Source: Vicugna vicugna | Taxonomy: Eukaryota | Direction: 5' to 3' | Length of the DNA stretch: 64,000 nucleotides | Assembly: GCA_013265495.1 (NCBI GenBank) | Contig: MU057576.1 | Location: forward strand, 282,982-346,981 | Part shown: positions 26,201 to 36,410 of the stretch, piece after piece | How the letters are laid out: every line of letters starts with the position of its first letter | Position numbering within the stretch: the first letter of the stretch is position 1 | Program-made: the position numbers and the translations under genes | The notes under the pieces: generated by a model | What the model saw: the letters and a program-made list of their open reading frames with translations, nothing else | The model's database searches: none | What the model was told of the DNA's origin: nothing

Positions 26201-28680
26201 TATTCAAGATGGAGCGCACCCTGCGGAACAGGTCCTGGGTTTTGCTACCATCAGCATCCTCTTCCCCTCGGTCCTTTACAGCTGCCGTCCGCTTGCTGCT
26301 GGGTTTCCAGGCCTTCTCTGCTTTGTTCATCTTTTTATCTTCAGTTGTTGACACTGTGGCAGTAATCTTGCATGGTTCCTTTTGGGGCTTCTGCTGAGAG
26401 CGCCGGGGTCCCAGACTAGCCTGCGGCCCTCGGGATAGCTCCCCACCTGGCCCACCCCTTGGGGGCCCACGGTTGCTAAGGGCTGGTCGGCCAAGGTTGG
26501 CAAGGACAGAGTGAAGTCTGGGCCACAATTTATGCCTTGAAGTCCAGCAGGATCCAGTGGCCGCAATGGTGTCTTATTGGCCTTATCCAACACCACGTCA
26601 CTGCTATGGGGCAACCCCTCTGGCTTCTGCACACATACCGGCAAATGTGAACTGAAAGCCAAGCAGGAACGCACGGTCATAACGCTTTTTCTCCTCACGA
26701 TTTAGAGGCTTCCACTGATCTGACTTATATTCATACTTCTGTTCCCCGGGCTGAATGTTCTCAGCATTTTGAATCTTGTCTTCCTTTGAGTCCCAGGTCT
26801 CATCTGCCTCCTCAGGCCGTGGGGGGGCACACCGCTGCCCTCAGGCTCTGGGCTGGACTTACTGCCTACGGGAGGCTGGTTTTCCACTTCTGGTACTCCT
26901 GGGTTCACCTTCTTGAAAGCATCCAGAAGGTCTCCTGCAGTCTCCTTGTTGAGCTCCTTAGTCTTCCGTCTCCTCTTTGGCACAGATGCTGCCACTTGGG
27001 TGGCTGCTGCTGCCTCCAAATTCTGGAACTGGCGGGCGGGGAGAGGGGTGCTCTCTGGGGGGAGTGGTTCCTCTCCACCCTTCTCACTCTCAGGTTCTCC
27101 TGCTTCTTCCTCTTCTTCCTCTTCCTCTGCATCCTCCTCCTGAGCAGGGGAGGCAGCTGAGGGAGCCACAGCTGGAGTGGCAGAAAGGACAGTAGGGGGA
27201 GCCACTGATGCTGTAGCCTCCTTGGTCTGCTCCTCTTGCTCCCTGACGGGGCTTAAGCCCACAGCTGGTGTTGAGGGGCTTCCGCTGAGCAGTTCCTCGG
27301 GTTGGGCAGTTGGAGCAACAGGCATGGGGGATCCAGAGGGACAAACCGAGGGAGGGAGAGGGGCAAGCTCCGGGCTTGACTCCGCCTCTGGTTCCAAATC
27401 TTCAGATGGGACTGTGCCATTAGGCTCAGGAAGAAGTTCCACCTTGTGAGATGCCAGGGGATGGGAACCTGGAGAGGCCTGGAAGAGAACTCAGATTCTG
27501 GAGCTGGTTTGCTAAGCATCACTGCTACTTCCAGTATGGGTTCAGCAAAGGGGCAGGCTCTGGAGAGAGGCAGCATGGCTCCCCAGGGTCACAAGGCATG
27601 GGGGTCGTTGATTCTTCTATAGACATTTGTTCCATCCCGTTTTCATAGTGTCCCCAGGAGTAGACCCCAGGACTGCAACATTAGGCTCAGACCCCGGTTC
27701 CAAGACTGGGAGTAGTGGTGGGGTCGGAGAAGGTGATGAAGGCTGGGATTCTGAAGGGCTATGTTCTGGGCCAGGCAGCCCTGGCCCGTCCCCAGTGATT
27801 GCTCCCTGCAACCGGTCATCTGGCCGGACAATGACAGCGAGCTGGGGAATCTCCCCATTAGCCTGAGGCTCCAGAGCCCCTCCCACCTGGGGAAGAGTGA
27901 GCGTGGAGGCGGTGCGGGCCCTAGACATGGTCTCCCCTGTGATACCCTGCCCTTCTTGATTCAGATCTCGAATTCGGATCGTCTTCCACTCCCTGTTGGG
28001 TGCAATCTGGGGTGGCTGGTTCATCAAAACCGGGGTGGGGGGCCACACCAGTGGGAAATTGCTGCACACCCTGGGCTGGGTGGTAGGCACCAGCATTGGT
28101 CCCAAACTCTGCAGGGCTTGTGCCTGGATAGAAGCTTGGGGCTCCCGGCTGCACAGGATGCTGCTGTGTCAGGACAACCTCTGTAGAACGTCCCTGCCCA
28201 GGGATGTAATAGGCCCCCTGGGAGGCCGGGTAGGAGATCTGGGTGGGGATCATCATTACTTGGGATCCAGCAGGGTAGACACAGGCAGCAGGGCCAGGGC
28301 GGGCAGGGGCTGCACTCTGCACTCGGGGCTGGGCCCGGCTAGGGTAGACGTGCTGGCGGGGCTGAGAAGGCATGATCATTTGTGTCACCTGAGGCGGACT
28401 GAACACCACCGGTGCTGTCTGCCCGGGGGCAACCGCTGGCTGCGGGAGTCCAGGGGATGGAGCAGATGGGGGGCCTGTGGGCTGCGGAGCTCTGTTCATT
28501 TCACTTGGTGCCACATCAGGGTCCCCCCAGCACCCCCTCGGTTAAGAATAAATCCACGGTGTGGCCTGCAGGTTCTGGGCATCCGAGGGCCTTCAGTCTC
28601 CTTCAGTCCGTGTGGCCGAGCCCCACGCAGCCACACAGACATAGTCCACAACCATTCCCAGCTCCCTGCACGGATCTCCT
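23287..28680 (-). pseudogene. EIF4G1: Processed (retrotransposed) pseudogene of eukaryotic translation initiation factor 4 gamma 1
   Basis: Collinear, intronless minus-strand ORF fragments cover the protein: start [11 protein letters not shown] (ATG 28499), PABP-binding region KTIRIRD, eIF4E motif YDRAFLL (26681-26661), MIF4G '[20 protein letters not shown]', MA3 '[12 protein letters not shown]', W2 '[16 protein letters not shown]' (stop 23752). Multiple frameshifts and premature stops (e.g. TAG at 24166 and 25851). The 3' UTR has ATTAAA (23329-23324) and a decayed polyA (~23287-23310). Probable TSD gttattttgggtttttgg (23269-23286) / gtttttttggttttgg (28681-28696). Confidence 0.97.
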
Positions 28681-28899
28681 GTTTTTTTGGTTTTGGCCTT
28701 TGCATTATGACAGTATCCTTCATCCTAAAATAATGAAATCAACCATCTAAATTTTCTTCTAGCAGGTTTACGGTTTTATTTATGTTCGTAGAAGGCATAG
28801 GTCAACGTACTACAGCCCTTGGGCTAAATCAAGGCAGTGCCTACTTTTTTCTAAGATCCTGTGACCCCTGGACCTTCATATATATTGCTATATGCTCTG

Positions 28900-29530
28900 T
28901 ATGTGTTCAAAGCAATATAAGCCCTTTGCCAGCCATATGTGTGGCGCAGTCTCCCTCTGCAGACTTCTTTTTCACTTTCCTAATGTCATTTTTGATGAAC
29001 AGAGGCTTTTATTTTACTGTATTCATATATATCAATCTTTTCCTTTATGATTAGTGCTTTTTTACGTTCTGTTTAAGAAATCTTTCCATATCCTGAGATC
29101 ATGAAGATAATTCTTTTATACTGTCTTTTTATTATTTTCCTTTCTTGATTTTTTTCTTGTCCTATCAGATTTATTTTAAAAATTACTATTTCAAGATAAT
29201 TCACATGTATTTCTAAGAAATAATTCGATGAGATCTTGTGTACCCTTCACTTAGCTTCCCCCAGGGGTAACATCTTGCAAAACCGTAGTACATGATCACA
29301 ACCAAGATACTGACATTGACAGTGATACAGTCAAGACACAGAACGTTTCTATCGCCGCTGATACCTCCTGTGCTGCCCTTTTGCAGCCACATGCACTCCT
29401 TCCAGCCCCCACCGCCTTCTGAACTCCTAGCAACCATTAGTCTGCCGTCCATTTCTGTAATTTTTTTCCTATTATGAATGACATATAAATGGAATCGTTT
29501 AGTACATAACCTTTTGAGATTGATTTTTTG
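28900..29530 (-). mobile_element. Old L1 (L1ME/L1MC-type) fragments
   Basis: 'ttttgatgaacagag...ctttatgattagtgctttt...tttaagaaatcttt' and 'tgtgtacccttcacttagcttcccc...gatactgacattgacag'. Confidence 0.7.
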
Positions 29531-29789
29531 ACTTTCTTTAAAATGATAGTTTACTAGAATTTTATTTGTGTGTGTGTGTGAAGCAGAAATTAATTTTCAT
29601 CTTTTTCGTGATGGGTACTCCAATATCCCAGAACATTCACTGAAAAAGGTTTCCTTTCCCACTGCTCTGCGTTGCCACTTTTGACACTGATACATTTGTT
29701 CATCCTTGAGTCAATCCCACAGTCTTACTACTATAGTTTTTAATAAATCTTGATACTGCTAGCTAAGTAATTTCTCCCATATATTCTTG

Positions 29790-29980
29790 CTTACATATAC
29801 ATGGTTAATTATATATTATTTTATATACTAAATTAATTTATATTAATATGTAATGCTTATTATATATTATTTAACATACATTTGTTTATGTTAAATATAT
29901 AAATTTACATAAATATAAAATTATAAGTATCTGTATATATTTATTATCTACTATTTTAATAAATTTATATATAAATTTCC
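29790..29980. repeat. AT-rich low-complexity tract
   Basis: Near-pure A/T run. Confidence 0.8.
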
Positions 29981-31069
29981 TTCTAAGCACAGCCTTATCT
30001 GCATTGTACAACACGGGATGTACTTATAGTATTTTTATTATTATTCAACTCAAAATACTTTATAATATTATCAGGTGCCTACGTATTTAGCGTTGTTATA
30101 TCTTACTAGTGAATGAAGCCCTCAATTATATCTTTCTAGAATGAGTTTATATTACTTCTACCATGTGTCTAGAAGCACTAGTAACCTGAGAGCACCTTCA
30201 TCCAATTTCAGAGACTGAATAATTAAAACTGAGTTGCAATCCCTTTGAAGGCTTATTTATATCTGCTCCCAGCTTACTCCTAGGGTATAGACACCCCTTT
30301 GAGGTCTCAGTCTAAAAGGGGAAGAGTCCATCAGGCTTCCCCCTTGGTGAGCCCTGGACTTCAAGCAAGACGTCACTCAGCCTCGTAGCCACCCCCTCCA
30401 GGACTGGCAAGTACTCCAGGAACCTGCATACTGATGGGAAATAATTGTTCCTTTTGCATTTTAAGCTAAAGCTGATCATGGTGCTGAACTTGGCTGTTAA
30501 TTCTGGAAAGTTGTCTCTGCTGCTTCTGTTACACTCTCCAGGTAGATAACAACGTCGCTGGTAAATGGTCATGCTTTTGTCTCTGTGGCATTTGGTCCTA
30601 CAGAGGTAATGGGCACAGTCAGTCTAGTTTTTAAGCATGCCTCTTGGCTCAGAAGCTTTATAATATTTTGCTTACATGTCGAAATGTGAGTCTCTTCTCG
30701 TTGATTTGGTATAGAAGGAGCAAACCATTTTAATCAACATGGGAAACTCTTTCCGGCAGTCAGAAAATATTCTTTTATTTCCTAGTGAAGTATTCTGTTC
30801 GATTTGTTCTGTTCTCTTCTTCACAAACATTCACTTATGAGATGCCTCAGTTTTCTGTTCTCTGTTCCGTTTTGTTCATTGTATCTCCCACAGAAACTTT
30901 TCTCCCTTTTTCTCTGCCTTCTGGGAGAATTTCTCAGTCCTGTTCTTCACATATTCCCGTTTTCATTTTCTGTATCAGTTTTGCTTATTTCTGTCTCAAT
31001 ATACATTTTTTTTGTTTTGTTCTCTTTCTCTTTGTAGGTTCCTGTCTTATTTCATAAAGACCATGCCTT

Positions 31070-31887
31070 CAAGTCCACAAATGACAAACGCTGGAGAGCC
31101 TGTGGGGAAAAGGGAACCCTCCTACACTGCTGGTGGGAATGCAGTTTGGTGCAGCCATTGTGTAAAACAGTATGGAGACTCCTCAAAAGACTAAAAATAG
31201 ACTTACCGTATGACCCAGGAATCCCGCTCCTGGGCATATATCCAGGTGGATCCCTACTTCAGGATGACACCTGCACCCCAATGTCCATAGCAGCACTATT
31301 TACAATAGCCAAGACATGGAAACAGCCTAAATGTCCATCAACAGATGACTGGATAAAGAAGAGGTTGTATATTTATACAATGGAATACTACTCAGCCATA
31401 AAAACAACAATGTAATGCCATTTCCAGCAACTTGGATGTCCCTGGAGAATGTCATTCTAAGTGAAGTAAGCCAGAAAGAGAAAGAAAAATACCATATGAA
31501 ATTGCTCATATGTGGAATCTAAAAAAAAAAAACACCCATAAATACAAAACAATAACAGACTCATAAACAGAATACAAACTTGTGGTTGCCAGGGGGGTGG
31601 GGGGTGGGAAGGCACAGAATGGGATTTCAAAATTTGTGGATACTGACAGGCATATGTAGAACAGATAAACAAGATTATATTGTATAGCACAGGGAAATAC
31701 ATACAAGATCTTGTGGTAGCTCACAGCAAAAAAAAAAGTGACAATGAATATATGTATGTTCATGTATAACTGAAAAATTGTGCTCTACACTGGAATTTGA
31801 CACAGCATTGTGAAATGGCTATAACTCAATAAAAAATGTTTTAAAAAATAAATAAAGCCCCCCCCCCCAAAAAATAATAAAAAAAAA
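31070..31887 (+). mobile_element. 5'-truncated young L1 with perfect TSD
   Basis: ORF2 C-terminal peptide (ORF 31146..31415); 16 bp TSD ataaagaccatgcctt at 31054-31069 / 31888-31903. Confidence 0.96.
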
Positions 31888-31974
31888 ATAAAGACCATGC
31901 CTTTTTTTACTCTACTGAGGATACCAAACAGCTTCTGAAATTTTCTTTGGAGCCTGAAATACTTTATTTCTTTC

Positions 31975-32117
31975 TTTTTTTTTACTTTTTGGGGGGATAA
32001 TTAGGTTTGTTTATTTATTTATCTATTTATTTTTAATGGAGGTGCTGGGGATTGAACCCAGGACCTCACGCATTCTAAACACATGGTCTACCACTGAGCT
32101 ATATCCTCCCTCCCCCA
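31975..32117 (-). mobile_element. Camelid vic-1-type SINE
   Basis: 'ggtgctggggattgaacccaggacctc...ccactgagctata'. Confidence 0.9.
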
Positions 32118-32351
32118 GTACCTCATATCTGAAGATACAGTTGAGCTCTGAATCTTTAGTCAGCTACTTCCTTCCCCTTGTTTCTGTCATTTTTTTTTAC
32201 AGGTTCTATATTGAATTGTTTTCCTCTTTATCATGGTCTTTATCATTATAATCTGGGTCACATTTATTGAGTGCTTATTTTGTACTGTCCTAAACATTTC
32301 TCATGTGTTGACTTATGTAATCCTCACAACAATGAAGAAAGAAGCATTATT

Positions 32352-32422
32352 TTTTTCTAAATTAAGTACCATCAGTTACAATGTGTCAATTTCTGGTGTA
32401 CAGCACAATGTCCCAGTCATGC
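32352..32422 (-). mobile_element. ~70 bp extremely truncated L1 tail inside a MIR
   Basis: L1 terminal sequence flanked by perfect 17 bp TSD aagaaagaagcattatt (32335-32351 / 32423-32439). Confidence 0.88.
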
Positions 32423-32624
32423 AAGAAAGAAGCATTATTAACCTCATTTTATAGATGTGTATGCTGAGGCATCAAAGTTAGGTAACTTGCCCAAGGTCAC
32501 AGAGCTATAAATAGTGGAGTCGGAATTTGAACCCAGACAGTCTGGCTCCAGAGTATCTTTATTATACTGCCTCTCAGTCATATATAAATCACTTTTTAAA
32601 AGGTAAATGCTATTTAAACTTAGT

Positions 32625-33465
32625 ATTCTCACACCAGTCAGAATGGCCATCATTCAAAAGTCCACAAATGATAAATGCTGGAGAGGGTGTGGAGAAAAGG
32701 GAACCCTCCTACACTGTTGGTGGGAATGTGGTTTGGTGCAGCCTTTATAGGAAACAGTATGGAGATTCCTCAAAAGACTAAAAATAGACTTACCATATGA
32801 CCCAGCAATCCTACTCCTGGGCGTATATCCAAAGGGAACCTTAATTCAAAAAGATACATGCACCCCAATGTCCATAGCAGCACTATTTACAATAGCCAAG
32901 ACATGGAAACAACCTAAATGTCCATCGACAAATGACTGGATAAAGAAGTGGTGGTATATTTATACAATGAAATATTACTCAACCATAAAAAAGAATAAAT
33001 AATGCCATTTGCAGCAACATGGCTGGACCTGGAGATCATCATTCTAAGTGAAGTAAGCCAGAAAGAGAAAGAATAATCTCATATGATGTCACTTACATGT
33101 GTAAGTGTGTAACCAAAAGAAAAAAAAAAGACACAAATAAACTTATTTACAAAATGGAAACAGACTCACAGACATAGAAAACAAATTTATGGTTACCAGG
33201 GGGAAGGAGGTGGGAAGGGATAAATTGGGAGTTTGAGATTTGTGAATACTACCTACTATATATTCAATAGATAAATGATGATTTTATACTGTATAGCACA
33301 GGAAACTATATTCAATATTTTGTAGTAACCTATAATGAAAAAGAAAATGAACGTATGTATGTATATGTCTTACTGAAACATTATGCTGTACACCAGAAAT
33401 TGACACATTGTAAACTGATTATACTTCAATTAAAATTAAATAACAAAATAAAAAGAATAAAAAGA
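32625..33465 (+). mobile_element. 5'-truncated L1
   Basis: 'ctcacaccagtcagaatggccatcatt...' ORF2 end, full 3' UTR and A-rich tail. Confidence 0.94.
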
Positions 33466-33779
33466 AACTTGTTATTTGACAAGAGATAATGGGTGTAGAT
33501 TTCCCCTGGCTCCATTTCTATTTGCGTGAAGGTCGAGCTCCATTCTCAGTTCCACAGCTGAAGGACAGGCTGGGGTATATAACATCCTGCCCAGCTCTGA
33601 TTTCCAGTGGGTGTTCATCCATTTTAACCCTGAACTTGATACTTTAACCAATGTGATTCTTGAAAAGCTACAGTTCTGACTGGTTCCAACAGAGCTCTTT
33701 CTCTCAAAGACGACTCTAAGAGCTCTTTACCTGTAGGGATTCTGTCCCACCAGAATGTGGCCCGCTACCCCGGTGTGTC

Positions 33780-33782
<3 letters not shown>

Positions 33783-33810
<28 letters not shown>
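33783..33810 (+). repeat. (AC)14 microsatellite
   Basis: Direct reading. Confidence 0.95.
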
Positions 33811-34446
33811 CCCATCCCACTACTGACTGTCTAGTTAACTTCTGGGGAATTGCTGTCTTTTAAATATATGCAGAAAGTTAACAAGGAGAGAGGAAGAGAA
33901 CCAACCATTATTACCTCAAAGGACTCCACAGTAGAGGATCAGCTGGGTCTGTGAGGAAACAATGGGGAGGTCTGAAGAGCCTTATGTTTTTCAGGTATTT
34001 TCTGTTTTATGATCCAAATGACAGGAAGGTTTGTCTTAACCTTCATTTGTCTATGTTAAAGACTCCTTTGAAATTTGGGGTTTGTTCTGCCCATTTCATT
34101 TCTGGGGTGGTTATAAGCTTTCTTCTCATGACTCCCTGCCGTGGCTTCAGAGATAATTTATTTTAAAAAGTGAAAGATGCCACACTGAGGGCTGTTATTC
34201 CAGTTATTCCAGTATTCCCCTCAGCTGTAGTTTTGAACCCTTACCAAACAAATTAGATCAGATTAATGATCAAAAGAATTCATTAAAGTATTGAAGAGCC
34301 ATGTTAATTTCTACACCTGATTACAGCTTCACCTACAGACACTTTTTACCTCGCTTGGCATTTTCCAAATTCTCAACATATAAAAAAAAGTCAAGACTGT
34401 CTAAAAGTACAAGCTTCTTGGGTTGGATATAGATAGGCAACAAGTA

Positions 34447-34970
34447 CTGTTTGTCTATCTAATGAGTACTACCCTCCTCTTCTTCCTGAGTAGCACAACC
34501 CCACTTTTATTTAGAATGACTGCATTTTTGAGCCTCCTTTAAGCCCCTATAGCCATGTGACATTATTTTAGCTAAGGAAATGTGAGTAGAACTGGTTTGA
34601 GGGAAACAGTGCACAGAAAAAAGCTCCTAAAGGGAGACAGGCAGCTGGAGATTGCTCCTCTCCTTTTGTTCTTCCTCATTTCCTCCTGCTTCCTGCCTGG
34701 ACTGCTTATGTGATGGCTGGATCTTCAGCAGCTCTGTTAGACCATGAATAACCTAAAGATGGAAGCCATGCACTATGGATGGCAGAGCAGATGGAGAAAG
34801 TGACTGGTATGGGTTCCACATACCAATTTTGGACTTCATACCTCCAGACTTCTTTTAAATAATAATAATAATAACAATAATAATAATAATAATAATAAAG
34901 CTCATATTATCATATCATAGTTATTTACAGTCTTTTACTAGCAGTCCAGGGCAATTTCTATCTGAGATTC
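34447..34970 (+). mobile_element. MaLR MLT1-type LTR containing (AAT)n at ~34858-34898
   Basis: 'gccatgtgac...cttcctgcctggactgc..atgtgatggctgga...cctccagacttcttt'. Confidence 0.7.
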
Positions 34971-35659
34971 TTCTCCAAATAATAAAAGTAATAAAAAGCT
35001 AATGCTTATTAAATGCCGGTTATGTGTTGATTATTCTTCTAAGTGACATTAATTCCTTTAATCCTCATAGGAACATTATTATCTCACTGCACAGATAAGG
35101 AAATCTAGACCAGAATGCTTAAGTAACCTGCCCAAGGTCACACAGCCAGCTAGTAGTAGACCCAATATCTGATTCCAAGCCAGGATCCAGAATCTGCACT
35201 CTTAACCATGTGCTGATTGCCTCGAACATCCCAGCCCAAACATCAAAAATGGTCCAGAAAATATACTGGGCCCTGCAGTTAGGCAACTGCAAGCCCAACA
35301 GTTTAAGCTGGGTAGTTTCCAGGTTCCTGTGTGTCTTTCTTGGGATTTTCTGACTTTTCTAAGCATCAGATCACAAATATCAAAAACCCAAACTGACAGC
35401 CTGCTGCTACACGGGCTGAGCTGTACTCCTGGGTGGGAATCCCAGGCACTGTTGCCTGCAGGTGCTGGGCATCCTACTGCCTTTGGGCGTCCCACACTCA
35501 CATCCCATTTGGGAATCTTGCAGTGTAAGTGATCCTTTGGCAAAATTTCAGTCCTTCCCCCCAAGTAAAACAGAAGCAGAACAGTTGTAAAAATTATTTA
35601 TTAGCAATCCTTTCGCGTTTGGACCACAGCGCTTTTAGGTACCTGTGTTCCCATCATTC

Positions 35660-36410
35660 GTGCACGTCAACGCTTCCATGGCAACACTCCCCGTTTCCCC
35701 TCTGCAGCTGTGTTACACTGACTGCTTACAACAACAGAGTGGTCATCTAGTTCACTTATAAGAATTTCCTAAACTCTTTATGCGTACACTCATTTAAGGT
35801 GTTGTCTAGCCCTTTCTTAGTCAACTTCATGTTAAAACATTATTATGCTTACAGATTATTGTTGCTTTTTCCCTTCTTTTTTCTTTCTCACCCACAATCT
35901 GTCAAGCAATCCGACTGAGAGCATCTGACTGAAAAGGTTTGAGATACACCAATTTCAACAAACGGGAGAATACCCTGAAAGTTCTACCAGATCAGAAACA
36001 CACATTAGCCAATATTGCAGTAGGACCCTGTTTGAACATGTGCATTACTGGGCTCAGGGTTTTTAGATGCCTGGAGAGATGGGACCAAGTGAAGGAAACC
36101 AAGGGCCGCTCCTAGGCAGTTTGGGTAATTCCCTTGCTGCAAAGCATGATTTACTAGCGAGTAGGAAGACTTCTCGAACTGCAAATTTTCCTGTCATTGA
36201 CCCATCGCTAATGAATGAGATCCTACCGTGATAGAATTGTTTTGGTTCTTACGTGCAGATGCTGCTGGGAATGATAGCAATTTACAACAACGCTCTTCTT
36301 CCCCACGTAGAGCGACCTAGTTTATTAGTGCCCTTCCAACTAACAGCTACCTGAGAGGAAATAAATCAGGACACCAAAAAAGGCGCGTGGGCGCGCCCGC
36401 GCATGCGCAC
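35660..36410. promoter_or_regulatory. Candidate promoter/enhancer: X-box-like and NRF1 motifs
   Basis: GCTTCCATGGCAAC (35672-35685) next to TGCACGTCA, and CGCGCATGCGCA (36398-36409, matches YGCGCATGCGCR), in repeat-free sequence. No full CpG island. Confidence 0.4.

Noticed and set aside
23752..28499. Functional EIF4G1 gene or retrogene
   Set aside because: No introns, many frameshifts and in-frame stops (e.g. W>TAG at 24166); the longest pieces are under 250 aa.
23267..28750. Long plus-strand ORFs (e.g. 27996..28733 245 aa, 23470..24024 184 aa)
   Set aside because: These are antisense shadows of the GC-rich EIF4G1-derived coding sequence, with no independent coding signal.
31070..33465. 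Tandem duplication of an L1 fragment (two copies truncated at nearly the same point)
   Set aside because: Their 3' UTRs differ and the first has its own perfect TSD, so they are independent insertions.
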